Of a stretch of DNA of 64,000 nt, positions 11,327-20,718 are shown piece by piece. Origin of the DNA: an uncultured Gemmatimonadales bacterium (lineage in GTDB: Bacteria > Gemmatimonadota > Gemmatimonadetes > Gemmatimonadales > GWC2-71-9); the NCBI GenBank assembly GCA_963779755.1, contig CAVZZO010000001.1, positions 636,044-700,043 of the forward strand, read 5' to 3'. Under the pieces are notes generated by a model that did no database searches, was not told the DNA's origin, and saw nothing but the letters and a program-made list of their open reading frames with translations. Positions within the stretch are counted from its first letter, which is position 1, and each line of letters begins with the position of its first letter. The translations under genes were made by a program, and so were the position numbers.

Positions 11327-12238
11327 GAAAGGGCTGTCACCCTGAGGCCGCGCCAGCGGCCGAAGGGGCCGAAGCTGAAGGCTGGCTTCGGTCCCTTCGC
11401 TGCGCTCAGGGTGACCTAACCCCCGTCCCCCTTCCCGGTTGGGAAGGGGGGACCGGGGTGGCCAGTTCGGAGAGAAGATGGAACCGGGACGGGCGGTGCG
11501 AAAGGGCTGTCACCCTGAGGCCGCGCCAGCGGCCGAAGGGGCCGAAGCTGAAGGCTGGCTTCGGTCCCTTCGCTGCGCTCAGGGTGACCTAACCCCCTGT
11601 CCCCCTTCCCGGTTGGGAAGGGGGGACCGGGGTGGCCAGTTCGGAGAGAAGATGGAACCGGGACGGGCGGTGCGAAAGGGCTGTCACCCTGAGGCCGCGC
11701 CAGCGGCCGAAGGGGCCGAAGCTGAAGGCTGGCTTCGGTCCCTTCGCTGCGCTCAGGGTGACCTAACCCCCTGTCCCCCTTCCCGGTTGGGAAGGGGGGA
11801 CCGGGGTGGCCAGTTCGGAGAGAAGATGGAACCGGGACGGGCGGTGCGAAAGGGCTGTCACCCTGAGGCCGCGCCAGCGGCCGAAGGGGCCGAAGCTGAA
11901 GGCTGGCTTCGGTCCCTTCGCTGCGCTCAGGGTGACCTAACCCCCTGTCCCCCTTCCCGGTTGGGAAGGGGGGACCGGGGTGGCCAGTTCGGAGAGAAGA
12001 TGGAACCGGGACGGCCGGCTCGAAAGGGCTGTCACCCTGAGGCCGCGCCAGCGGCCGAAGGGACCGAAGCTGAAGGCATAATCTCGGCCCCTTCGCTGCG
12101 TTCAGGGTGACAATCCAGTGCGCCTCCGGCGCTCGCCGCGTATCGGCCAGCATCCCTGTCACCCTGAGGCCGCGCCAGCGGCCGAAGGGGCCGAAGCTGA
12201 AGGTACGGTTTCGGCCCCTTCGCTGTGCTCAGGGTGAC
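11327..12238. repeat. Tandem array 1: five copies of a 174-bp composite hairpin unit plus one extra hairpin
   Basis: Unit starts are at 11327, 11500, 11674, 11848 and 12022. Each unit contains an approximately 80-nt hairpin (GTCACCCTGAGG...CTCAGGGTGAC) and a second hairpin (CCCCTTCCC-GGTT-GGGAAGGGG). An extra hairpin copy lies at 12158..12238. Confidence 0.9.
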
Positions 12239-12284
12239 AATAAGCTCTGTCTCCGCGCCCGGCCCCTCTTGACAACGCCAGGCA

Positions 12285-12302
12285 GTTTGACGATCATCAA
12301 AC
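12285..12302. promoter_or_regulatory. Near-palindrome GTTTGACGATCATCAAAC directly upstream of arsR-family gene (candidate operator); TTGACA at 12269..12274
   Basis: An imperfect 18-bp inverted repeat ends 2 nt before the ATG at 12304. A -35-like TTGACA hexamer lies upstream. Confidence 0.3.
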
Positions 12303-12303
12303 C

Positions 12304-12612
12304 ATGACGACCCGGGCCGCCCCTCCAACCCTCACCAGCCGGCAATTCGAGCTGGTGGCCAAGGCACTCGCCGATCCCCGGCGCATGCAGCTGCTGGAGG
12401 CGATCTCGAGCACGCGGGAGTTTCCCTGTTCGCGCCTGTGCGAGCTGTTCCCCGTCTCCAAGGGGACGATCTCCCACCATATGAAGGAACTGCTGCGGGC
12501 CGGCCTGATCAACGCGCGGCGGGAAGGCCAGCATCTGCTCTACGAAGTGCGCCGGGAGACGCTGGATGCCTATACCAACGAATTGATGAGACGCCTGGGC
12601 CAGGCCGGGTAG
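12304..12612 (+). CDS. ArsR/SmtB-family transcriptional regulator
   Basis: wHTH signature LADPRRMQLLEAIS....SRLCELFPVSKGTISHHMKELLRAGLI. Confidence 0.85.
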   Translation: MTTRAAPPTLTSRQFELVAKALADPRRMQLLEAISSTREFPCSRLCELFPVSKGTISHHMKELLRAGLINARREGQHLLYEVRRETLDAYTNELMRRLGQAG

Positions 12613-12764
12613 GCCGCAGCAGGTGGGCTCTTTTTTTTAACTTAGTGTTTGATAGTTGTAAAACTGTTGTACAGCACGACCGGGCGAGGATGTCGATTTC
12701 GCGATCGCCCAAACGACGAAGAGAGGTAGTGCAGCCCAACACCCTGATGCACGAGGAGCCCCCC

Positions 12765-13874
12765 ATGCGTACCACTCCCCGGCTGAATACCCGCGGCTGG
12801 GCCGGACCCACGTTGCTCCTGGGCCTGATTGCCCTGACCGGCGGCGGACTTGCCGTCTGGAAGCACACTAGTCTCCGGCACGCCGAAGCAGTGGCGGCCG
12901 CGCAACCCGAACAGGTGCTGACGGTCACGTCGGCGGTGGCGGAGCAACGTCGGTACCGCGCCACCACCACCTCGATCGGCACCGTGCTGGCGCTCAACTC
13001 GGTCAGCCTGCGAAACGAGCTGGCCGGCACCGTCCGCGAGGTCCGGATGCGGCCGGGGCAGATCGTGGAGCCCGGCGCCCTGCTGGTCGCCCTCGACGTC
13101 TCCGTGGAGCAGGCCGAGCTGGATGCCGAGACCGCCGAAGCCAGGCTGGCGGAAACCACGCTGGCCCGGCTGGAGCGGCTGAGAAAGGTCCAGGCCACCT
13201 CGCAGGAAGAGGTGGACCAGGCGCGAGCGGCGCGGGACGTGGCCCAGGCGCAGATCGAACGGACCCGGGCCGTTATTGCCCGCAAGACCATCCGGGCGCC
13301 GTTCCGGGGCCGGGTCGGCCTGGCCGATATCCATCCCGGCCAGTACCTGAACGAGGGCACCGAGCTGACCACGCTGCAGGGGGTGGATGCGGCGGCGAAC
13401 GTGGACTTTACGGTGGCCCAGACGGTCGCCGCGGAACTGAGGCCGGGTCAGCCGGTCACGGTGATCCCCGCGGGAGATTCGTCATCGTCCCCGGTGACGG
13501 CCCGGATCGTCGCCATCGACGCCCAGGTGGATCCTACCACCCGGAATGCCGCGGTGCGGGCCCGAATCCCCGACCATGCCCCGGCCCCGGGAGCCTCGGT
13601 GCGGGTGGAAGTGCCGGTCGGTCCGCCGACCACGGTCGTGGGCATTCCGGTGAGTGCGCTGCGCCAGGGGCCCGGAGGCGACCACGTGTTCCTCCTCGCC
13701 GATACGGCGGGCCAGACGCGGGCGCATCTCCAGCCGGTGGTGAGCGGCCCGGTGACGGGCGATGAGGTGCTCATCCTGCGGGGGTTGCGGCCGGGACAGC
13801 GGGTCGCGACGTCCGGATCCTTCAAGCTGCGCGAATCGGCCCTGGTGGCCGTCGCCGGCGATTCCACCCGCTGA
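12765..13874 (+). CDS. RND efflux periplasmic adaptor (membrane fusion protein)
   Basis: Start trimmed to MRTTPRLNTRGW, with GAGGAG upstream. It has an N-terminal TM segment, a coiled-coil hairpin (EQAELDAETAEARLAE...), and the beta-barrel motif IRAPFRGRVGL. Confidence 0.85.
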   Translation: MRTTPRLNTRGWAGPTLLLGLIALTGGGLAVWKHTSLRHAEAVAAAQPEQVLTVTSAVAEQRRYRATTTSIGTVLALNSVSLRNELAGTVREVRMRPGQIVEPGALLVALDVSVEQAELDAETAEARLAETTLARLERLRKVQATSQEEVDQARAARDVAQAQIERTRAVIARKTIRAPFRGRVGLADIHPGQYLNEGTELTTLQGVDAAANVDFTVAQTVAAELRPGQPVTVIPAGDSSSSPVTARIVAIDAQVDPTTRNAAVRARIPDHAPAPGASVRVEVPVGPPTTVVGIPVSALRQGPGGDHVFLLADTAGQTRAHLQPVVSGPVTGDEVLILRGLRPGQRVATSGSFKLRESALVAVAGDSTR

Positions 13875-13885
13875 GGGAGGCCACC

Positions 13886-16800
13886 ATGCGCTCCTTCACG
13901 GACATCTTCATCCGGCACCCGGTGCTGGCGGCGGTGGTCAACCTGGTGATCGTGCTGGTGGGCTGGCGCGCCCTGACCACCCTGCCGGTCCAGCAGTACC
14001 CGAAGATCGAAAGTTCCTCGGTGGTGATCACCACGGTCTACTACGGCGCCAGCGCCGAGACGGTCCGCGGGTTCCTCACCACGCCGATCGAGCGGGCGGT
14101 CTCGGCCATCAGCGGTGTGGACTATGTCGAGTCCACCAGCCGGGCCGGGCTCAGCACCATCACCGTTCACCTCAAGCTGAACCACAACAGCACGGCGGCG
14201 CTGGCCGAAGTGACCGCCCGGCTGCAACAGGTCCGGGCCGAGCTGCCCGAGGAGGCGGAACCGCCGGTGGTCGAGGTGCAGCGGGCCGACCGGCCGTACG
14301 CTTCATTCTATCTGAGCTTCACCTCGAGCGAACGCGATATCCCGGCGCTCACCGACTGGCTCTCGCGGACCCTGCAGCCCCAGCTCAGCACCTTGCAGGG
14401 CGTGCAGCGGGTGGACGTGGTCGGCGGGCGGGCGATCGCCATGAGGATCTGGATCGACCCGGATCGTCTGGCCGCGCTCAATCTGGCGCCCGGCGACGTC
14501 TATGCCGCGTTGAAGCGGAACAATTATCTCGCCGCGGTGGGGCAGACCAAGGGCAACCTGGTCCAGATCAATCTCCTGGCCAACACCGACCTGCGCTCGG
14601 CCGGGGAGTTCAGGAATCTGATCGTGGCCGAGCGGAACGGGGCGGTGGTGCGGCTCTCCGACGTGGCCCGCGTGGAGCTGGGTTCGGAAGAGCCGGACAT
14701 GATCGCCAAGTTCAGCGGGAAGGAGGCGGTCTACCTAGGCGTCTGGCCGCTGGTGGGCAGCAACGAGATCGAGGTGGCGCACCGGCTGCAGGCCGAGATG
14801 GACCGCATCCGGCCGACGCTGCCCAAGGACATCGACATGGAGCTGGCGTACGACGCCACCGTCTTCATGCGAGACGCCCTGCACGAGATCACCAAGACCC
14901 TGGCCGAAACGGTCCTGATCGTCGGCCTGGTGGTGTTCCTCTTCATGGGGTCGGTGCGGACCGCGCTGGTCCCGCTCATCGCCATGCCGGTGTCGCTGGT
15001 GGGCGCGGCGATCGTGATGTGGGCGTTCGGCTTCAGCCTGAACCTCCTCACCATCCTGGCCATCGTCCTGTCGGTGGGCCTGGTGGTGGACGACGCCATC
15101 GTGGTGGTGGAGAACGTGGAACGGCACGTCCGGGAAGGCAAAACCCGGCTGCAGGCGGCCCTGGTCGGCGCCCGCGAGCTGCTCGGGCCCATCATCGCCA
15201 TGACGATTACGCTGGCGGCGGTGTACACCCCGATCGGTTTCCAGGGCGGCCTTACCGGCTCGCTGTTCCTCGAGTTTGCCATCACGCTGGCCGCCGCGGT
15301 GGTCGTGTCCGGCATCGTGGCCATCACCCTTTCGCCCGTCATGAGCTCCCGGCTGGTGCACCCGCGCGGGCGCGAGGGCCGGCTGACCGCCCTGGTGAAT
15401 CGCGGCTTCGAGGCGGTGCGCCGGCGCTACGAGAAGGTGCTGGACGGTGCGCTCCGGATGCGCTGGGCGGTGGTGGCCGCCGCCGTCCTGATCATGATCG
15501 GGGCGTGGCCGCTGTATCACTACTCCAAGCGGGAACTCGCGCCGATCGAGGACCAGAGCCATATCAGCCTCTTCATGCAGGCCGCGCCGGACGCCTCGCT
15601 GGCCGCGACCAACAAGGCCTCGCTCCAGGTGGTGAAGACGATCACCGCCTTCCCCGAGGCGAAGTTCATGTGGTCGCTGGTGGGGTCCTGGGGCGGATTC
15701 GGCGGCATGGTCGCGAAGAACTGGAAGGAACGGGACCGGACCACGCCCCAGATGTACGGGCAGGTCTACGGCGCCGTGTCGCAGATTCCCGGGCTGCAGG
15801 TCTTCCCCCGGCTGGACCCGCCGCTCCCCACGCCCGGCCAGTATGACGTGGAGCTGGTGCTGGAGAGCGATGCACCGCCCGAGCAGATGCTGCAGACGGC
15901 CAACGCGGTCATGGGTGCGGGCTGGCAGAGCGGGAAGTTCCTCTACGTGGACACCGACCTGAAGATGGATCTGCCGCAGGCTCGGGTGGTGATCGATCGT
16001 GACCAGGTCGCCGACCTGGGCCTCGACCTGGCCACCGTGGGCCGCGAGCTGGGAATCCTGCTGGGCGGCGGGTACGTCAACCGGTTCAACTATTTCGACC
16101 GGAGCTACAAGGTCATTCCCCAGATCGGCGACAAGGACCGCACGACGGTAGGGCCACTGCTCGATCTCAAGATCAAGACGCCCAGCGGCCGGCTGGTGCC
16201 GGTCTCGACCTTCACCCATATCGAGTCGAGCACGGCGCCCCGCACGCTCAACCGGTTCCAGCAGCGGAACGCGGTTCGCATCTTCGGCGGCGTGCAGCCG
16301 GGCGTCACCAAGGAAGAAGGGCTGCGCGTGCTGGAGAACGCCGCGCGGGCGGCGGGCGGGCCCGGCGTCTCGCTGGATTACGCCGGCGAGTCCCGCCAGA
16401 TCCGGCTGGAGGGCGGGACCCTGACGGTGACGCTGGGCTTTGCCGTGGTGCTCATCTACCTCGTGCTGGCGGCCCAGTTCAAGAGCTTCCGGGACCCGCT
16501 CATCGTGCTGGTGGGGTCGGTGCCGCTGGCCATCTCCGGCGCCCTGGTCTTCAGCTTTCTCGACCTGACGACGATCAACATCTACTCCCAGGTCGGCCTC
16601 ATCACCCTGGTGGGTCTGATCGCCAAGAACGGCATTCTGATCGTCCAGTTCGCCAATGCCCGCCAGGCGGAGGGCGTGGCCAAGCTGGCCGCGCTGCGGG
16701 AGGCCTCGCTCACGCGGCTGCGGCCGGTGCTCATGACCTCGGCGGCCACCGTGTTCGGCCACTTCCCCCTGGTGCTGGCCACCGGTCCGGGATCGGCGGC

Positions 16801-16978
16801 GCGGAACAGCATCGGCACCGTTCTGGTGGCCGGCATGACGGTGGGCACGCTCTTCACCCTGTTCGTGGTGCCGGTGTTCTACTCGCTCATCGCCGCGGAC
16901 CACGCCCCCGACCGCAGCGCGGCCGAGGAGCTGGTCCCGGTGGAACCCTCACTGGTGCAGGAGGCGGTCCATGCGTAG
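13886..16978 (+). CDS. RND efflux transporter permease (AcrB/HAE1-like)
   Basis: 1030 aa. N-terminus MRSFTDIFIRHPVLAAVVNLVIVLVGW. 12-TM architecture with VVDDAIVVVENV and two large periplasmic loops. Confidence 0.95.
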   Translation: MRSFTDIFIRHPVLAAVVNLVIVLVGWRALTTLPVQQYPKIESSSVVITTVYYGASAETVRGFLTTPIERAVSAISGVDYVESTSRAGLSTITVHLKLNHNSTAALAEVTARLQQVRAELPEEAEPPVVEVQRADRPYASFYLSFTSSERDIPALTDWLSRTLQPQLSTLQGVQRVDVVGGRAIAMRIWIDPDRLAALNLAPGDVYAALKRNNYLAAVGQTKGNLVQINLLANTDLRSAGEFRNLIVAERNGAVVRLSDVARVELGSEEPDMIAKFSGKEAVYLGVWPLVGSNEIEVAHRLQAEMDRIRPTLPKDIDMELAYDATVFMRDALHEITKTLAETVLIVGLVVFLFMGSVRTALVPLIAMPVSLVGAAIVMWAFGFSLNLLTILAIVLSVGLVVDDAIVVVENVERHVREGKTRLQAALVGARELLGPIIAMTITLAAVYTPIGFQGGLTGSLFLEFAITLAAAVVVSGIVAITLSPVMSSRLVHPRGREGRLTALVNRGFEAVRRRYEKVLDGALRMRWAVVAAAVLIMIGAWPLYHYSKRELAPIEDQSHISLFMQAAPDASLAATNKASLQVVKTITAFPEAKFMWSLVGSWGGFGGMVAKNWKERDRTTPQMYGQVYGAVSQIPGLQVFPRLDPPLPTPGQYDVELVLESDAPPEQMLQTANAVMGAGWQSGKFLYVDTDLKMDLPQARVVIDRDQVADLGLDLATVGRELGILLGGGYVNRFNYFDRSYKVIPQIGDKDRTTVGPLLDLKIKTPSGRLVPVSTFTHIESSTAPRTLNRFQQRNAVRIFGGVQPGVTKEEGLRVLENAARAAGGPGVSLDYAGESRQIRLEGGTLTVTLGFAVVLIYLVLAAQFKSFRDPLIVLVGSVPLAISGALVFSFLDLTTINIYSQVGLITLVGLIAKNGILIVQFANARQAEGVAKLAALREASLTRLRPVLMTSAATVFGHFPLVLATGPGSAARNSIGTVLVAGMTVGTLFTLFVVPVFYSLIAADHAPDRSAAEELVPVEPSLVQEAVHA

Positions 16979-18404
16979 CGCGCTGCTGCCGGTGTTCCTC
17001 GCGCTCTACGGATGCGCTTCGGCTCCGGCTTATCAACCGACCGCGGTGGCTCTCCCGCCCGCCTTTCAGGAAGCGCGGGTTCAAGACCGGCCGGCGCCGT
17101 ATGTGGCGATCCGGGACACCGTGCCGGGGGCGGCGGAGGCCCCCACTCCGACTCCCGTCGAGTACTGGCGGGAGCTGGGCGACACGACTCTGAGCCGGCT
17201 GGTGGAGGAGGTCGCGAACAGCAATCTCGATCTCGCCGCCGCCCGGTCGCGGGTGAGTGCCGAACGTTCGGAACGGAACCGGGCGCTCCTGGACCTCACG
17301 CCGTCGGCCACCTTCGCGGGCTCCTATTCCCGGCAGCGCCTTTCGGCCGCCGGGTTCCCCGGCGCCTCGGGCCCTTTCCCCGACCAGAACGTGTGGCAGG
17401 CGGGGTTCGACGCCTCGTGGGAGCTGGATGTGTTCGGCCGACTGCAACGATCGGTGCAGGCGCACGGCGCCCTGGTCGGGGCCGCGGAGGCAAGCCTGCG
17501 GGATGCCACGGTCTCCCTCACCGCCGAGTTGGCGCGGGCCTATTTCGAGCTGCGCGGAGCGCAGGAACAGCTGGCGGTCGCCCGGCGGAATGCGGAAAAC
17601 CAGCGTCAGACGATGCTGGTCGCCCAGGAACGGCTGGACGCCGGCCAGGGCACCGCGTTCGATACCGACCGGGCGCAGGCCCAGCTCAGCTCCACCCTGG
17701 CGTCCATCCCGGAGCGGGAGGCGCGGGTGGCCGCCGCGCAGTACCGGATCGGGGTTCTGGTCGGACGCTCGCCGACCGAGGTTGCGCGCGAGCTGGAGAC
17801 GCCGGCGGCGCTGCCGGCGCTGCCGGACGTCGTGCCGGTGGATAATCCCGATTCGGTGGTCCGGTACCGGCCCGATGTAGCGGCGGCGGAGCGGATGGCG
17901 GCGGCGCGCCACGCCCAGGTGGGCGCGGCCAAAGCCGAGTACCTCCCCCGGATCACCATCGGGGGAGCCGCCGGCTACTCTTCGGCCGCCTTCAACTCCC
18001 TCGGCAATGACGGCACCTTCCGGTACGCGGTCGGGCCGGTCATTACCTGGCCGGGACTCAACCTGGGCCGGGTGCGCGCCGCCGTGCAGACCTCCGAGGC
18101 CCAGGAAGAGGAGGCGCGCTCCGAGTATCGCCGCACGGTGCTCCAGGCCGTGCAGGAAATGGAAACGGCCCTGGCGAATTACCGGGCGGCGCGCCGGCGG
18201 GTGGCCCGGCTGGAGGAAGCCAGCGCCGCGAGCGGCCGCGCCGCCGACCTGGCGCGGTTGCGGTTCAAGGAAGGGGTCACCGATTTTCTCCAGGTGCTGG
18301 ACGCCGAGCGGACCCAGCTGGCCGCGGAGGACCTGCTGGCCCAGGGGCGGATCGACGCTGCCACCGCGTATGCCGCCCTGTATAAAGCGATGGGAGGGCG
18401 CTGA
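16971..18404 (+). CDS. Outer-membrane efflux lipoprotein (NodT/OprM family)
   Basis: Lipobox LALYGCAS, two TolC-like repeats, and an 8-nt overlap with the pump gene. Confidence 0.9.
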   Translation: MRSALLPVFLALYGCASAPAYQPTAVALPPAFQEARVQDRPAPYVAIRDTVPGAAEAPTPTPVEYWRELGDTTLSRLVEEVANSNLDLAAARSRVSAERSERNRALLDLTPSATFAGSYSRQRLSAAGFPGASGPFPDQNVWQAGFDASWELDVFGRLQRSVQAHGALVGAAEASLRDATVSLTAELARAYFELRGAQEQLAVARRNAENQRQTMLVAQERLDAGQGTAFDTDRAQAQLSSTLASIPEREARVAAAQYRIGVLVGRSPTEVARELETPAALPALPDVVPVDNPDSVVRYRPDVAAAERMAAARHAQVGAAKAEYLPRITIGGAAGYSSAAFNSLGNDGTFRYAVGPVITWPGLNLGRVRAAVQTSEAQEEEARSEYRRTVLQAVQEMETALANYRAARRRVARLEEASAASGRAADLARLRFKEGVTDFLQVLDAERTQLAAEDLLAQGRIDAATAYAALYKAMGGR

Positions 18405-18604
18405 GATGCGTCCACGCAGGGCTGATGTCTCCGGCAGCTGCCGGCAAGGGCATTCCGACCCCCGTCCATAAGACGGTGTACGTGGCGCTCAAACGGGAAG
18501 ACGAAAGGGCAGAGGCCGGGTCCATGGAACGATGGACCGGTGTCTCGGCGCCCAAAGCGACGGGTGAAGAGGTTCAGGTGCCGGACCCGGAGCGGACCCG
18601 GATG

Positions 18605-18676
18605 GCTCAGGGGCGGGTGGATGCCGCCACCGGACAGGCCGCCCTGTACAAAACGATGGGAGGGCGCCGAGATTAG
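18605..18676 (+). pseudogene. Orphan duplicate of an outer-membrane-factor gene 3' end
   Basis: It reads AQGRVDAATGQAALYKTMGGRRD*, compared with the true C-terminus AQGRIDAATAYAALYKAMGGR* at 18338..18404. There is no upstream gene body. Confidence 0.4.
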
Positions 18677-18708
18677 GGCGGTACCGCCGATCCCGGAGAT
18701 GTGGTCAG

Positions 18709-18951
18709 ATGGCGAAGCGCCTTCAGGTCTATGAAAGCAGGGAAATCACCGTGACCTTCGATCCGGAGGCATGCGTCCATTCGGGCGTGTGCCTCCGCGG
18801 CCTTCCGGCGGTATTCGATATCAAACGCAAGCGCTGGATTCGCCCGGAGCTGGCGCCCGCGGCGGACGTGGCCGAGCTGGTATCGCGCTGTCCTTCCGGC
18901 GCGCTGCAGTACCGGTGGACCAACCCACCCGGCAGTTCGGAACCCGGCTGA
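18709..18951 (+). CDS. Small divergent 4Fe-4S mono-cluster protein (YjdI/DUF1271-like)
   Basis: ITVTFDPEACVHSGVCLRGLP...RCPSGALQY matches the Cys pattern of this family. Confidence 0.7.
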   Translation: MAKRLQVYESREITVTFDPEACVHSGVCLRGLPAVFDIKRKRWIRPELAPAADVAELVSRCPSGALQYRWTNPPGSSEPG

Positions 18952-18991
18952 GCCGGCTTTTCCGCGTTCCGCACCTCCCGTCCTCCTACCT

Positions 18992-19130
18992 TCACCGCCT
19001 TCCCGCTCCCGGATCGGGGGCCGCGATAACCAGGAGGCCCTGGGTTTCTCCCGGCAGCGACCGAAGCTGGCGGAGGAAGCTCTCTTCGATCCGCGTTCCG
19101 AGCCGGCGTGCCGGTTCGCCCCTGCGCAAG
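18992..19130 (-). pseudogene. Fragment of a LAL/LuxR regulator paralog
   Basis: 19029..19099 matches 4482..4552 (inside the LAL gene) at 69 of 71 nt. The translation [31 protein letters not shown] has no flanking gene body. Confidence 0.6.
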
Positions 19131-19220
19131 CGGGGGATCTCCTGAACTTCCAGCCGCTGGCTGGCGAGCGAAGTGCGCCTCAGCTGCCGGCGCCTGGCGA
19201 ACACCTGTGCTCCGTTCGCC

Positions 19221-19814
19221 TCAAGGACGGCTGGGCCTCAGCGGAGTCCTGACCGGCCCGCGTTTGTCGGCTGCACGCGCGGGTGAGGCGGCGCCGGCTG
19301 CGGAGTAGCTGAGCCGCCCCCTGACAAATCGCGCCGCGGCCGTGTAGGGGTGGGGGGCCGTCGAGCCCGGCCCCAGGATATGGACCACCTCAAACTGGAG
19401 CGACCGGAGCGCATCGGCAATCAGCCCGCGGTGACAGCGCCACCAGAGGGCCTCGGCACAGAGGATCGAGGTGCGTAGCCCCGAGGCCAGGTTTACGAGC
19501 CGGTCCAGCCCTTCAGCAAATTCCTCAGTCGCCATGTAATCCGCGTAGCCGCGGAACGCCGCGCTGCGCCACGCCGTGTTCGGTGAATCCGCACTTGGGG
19601 TGCGCCGCCCCCCCAGCTCTGGAAACCATAGATAGAGGAGCCCGCGGGTCTCGATCGCCAGCCCGAGAGGTTCCCGAGCGAAGTGGGGCCAGCGACGGGA
19701 GCCTGGATAACGCCGGACGTCTGCCACCGCCTCAATCCGGTTCGCGGTGAGGAGCTCGAGAAGCCCCTCAAGAGGGCGCGTCGAATGCCCGATGGTCCAT
19801 ATCGTCTCGGCCAT
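19221..19814 (-). CDS. DUF488 family protein
   Basis: MAETIWTIGHSTRPLEGLLELL...VADVRRYPGSRRWPHF...LCAEALWWRCHR is the typical DUF488 signature. Confidence 0.85.
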   Translation of the reverse strand: MAETIWTIGHSTRPLEGLLELLTANRIEAVADVRRYPGSRRWPHFAREPLGLAIETRGLLYLWFPELGGRRTPSADSPNTAWRSAAFRGYADYMATEEFAEGLDRLVNLASGLRTSILCAEALWWRCHRGLIADALRSLQFEVVHILGPGSTAPHPYTAAARFVRGRLSYSAAGAASPARAADKRGPVRTPLRPSRP

Positions 19815-20424
19815 ACCCACCTGTCCAGCCCGCTCGTGGCGTCCGCCTGACGCATCGCGCCTCTGCGGCGGGGCTCTGCCGCCCCCATCGCGGCTATCAT
19901 CTCAAAAGTACTTGCGGCCGGCCCCGGCGGCAGCGAGCGCTGGTTCGCTGGCACGCCTTGCCGCCCCGAGACCAGTCGGTGCGCACCCGAGCGCCAGCTT
20001 CTGTCAAGTATGGTGCGGCTGTCGGCACACCAGCCGCGCTGTGGCTGGAGGAGCGCAATCGTTGTGGCCACCCGTTGGCGGTGGGCCACGAGCACGCCTC
20101 GGCGAGCAGGATACGTGTGATCGCCTTTCACCACCAGCTCACGCAGCCTCCCATCTAACGACTCAGCATTCCGCTCACACGGAGGAGACGGACCAACGTG
20201 CCCAGCCCGGCGGGGGCTGTCCTGCCGGTGCGGAGTGCGATGACCGTCGGGAGTCACGGCTAAACCAGGTTTGTCCGCAGCTTCACCAATTCCTCATGAC
20301 CACCGTGGGATCATAGATCCGGTCGTTCACGGGGACACTCAGCGCCGTCGCAGCGGCCGGCGGGACGAAACGCGGCGAACGGCAGTGATCGCAGGATTCA
20401 CGACTGGTCGAGAAAGGACACCGT

Positions 20425-20574
20425 ATGTTGCTCACGATCGCGGTCATCCTTGTAGTCCTCTGGCTTCTCGGCGCCTTCGTAGTGCCAGTGGGCGGCAGTC
20501 TGATTCATCTGCTTCTGGTCATCGCCCTGATTGCCCTCATTTGGCATTTCCTGAGCGGCCGGCGGAGTATTTGA
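20425..20574 (+). CDS. Lmo0937-family small membrane protein (49 aa)
   Basis: My own translation is MLLTIAVILVVLWLLGAFVVPVGGSLIHLLLVIALIALIWHFLSGRRSI*. It is below the ORF-track size cutoff. A purine-rich AAAGGA lies upstream. Confidence 0.7.
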   Translation: MLLTIAVILVVLWLLGAFVVPVGGSLIHLLLVIALIALIWHFLSGRRSI

Positions 20575-20718
20575 CCATCGCCCTCGGGCGGGCCGCGAGT
20601 GCCGAGGCAGCCCCCATCCTGGCGATGTCATGACGGTGGGCCAACGACCCGCGTGGATTCGCGCGGAGCGGCGGCGCCTTCGCAATCCACGGCCCCTCCC
20701 GGCTCAATGTCCGGTGGA

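Noticed and set aside
11416-12162. Long ORFs (248 aa on the minus strand, 223 aa on the plus strand) across tandem array 1, and similar ORFs across 42088..42921
   Set aside because: Their translations are periodic copies of the 174-bp repeat (..SEGTEASLQLRPLRPLARPQGDSPF..). The frames are open only because the repeat lacks stop codons. ORFs appear on both strands and in several frames simultaneously.
11327-12238. The tandem arrays as CRISPR arrays
   Set aside because: The units are contiguous with no unique spacers between them. The unit length of 142-174 bp is far above CRISPR repeat size, and no cas genes are present in the window.
12613-12764. T8 tract and A+T-rich stretch after the first arsR gene as a rho-independent terminator or RND promoter
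   Set aside because: No convincing GC-rich stem precedes the T-tract. The -35/-10 candidates have non-canonical spacing, so no call was made.
14735-16903. 722-aa ORF antisense to the RND pump, and similar long antisense ORFs (1635..2522, 2609..3745, 22951..24366, 28163..29461, 52107..53051, 57138..58265)
   Set aside because: These are typical high-G+C shadow ORFs. They have Arg/Gly/Pro/His-rich low-complexity translations and lie opposite genes with strong family signatures.
19820-20420. About 600 bp with long ORFs on both strands (189 aa plus strand, 254 aa minus strand) between the DUF488 gene and the small membrane protein gene
   Set aside because: The translations are Arg/Pro/Ser-rich with no recognisable motifs and overlap real genes. 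I could not support a gene here; it may be a degraded locus.
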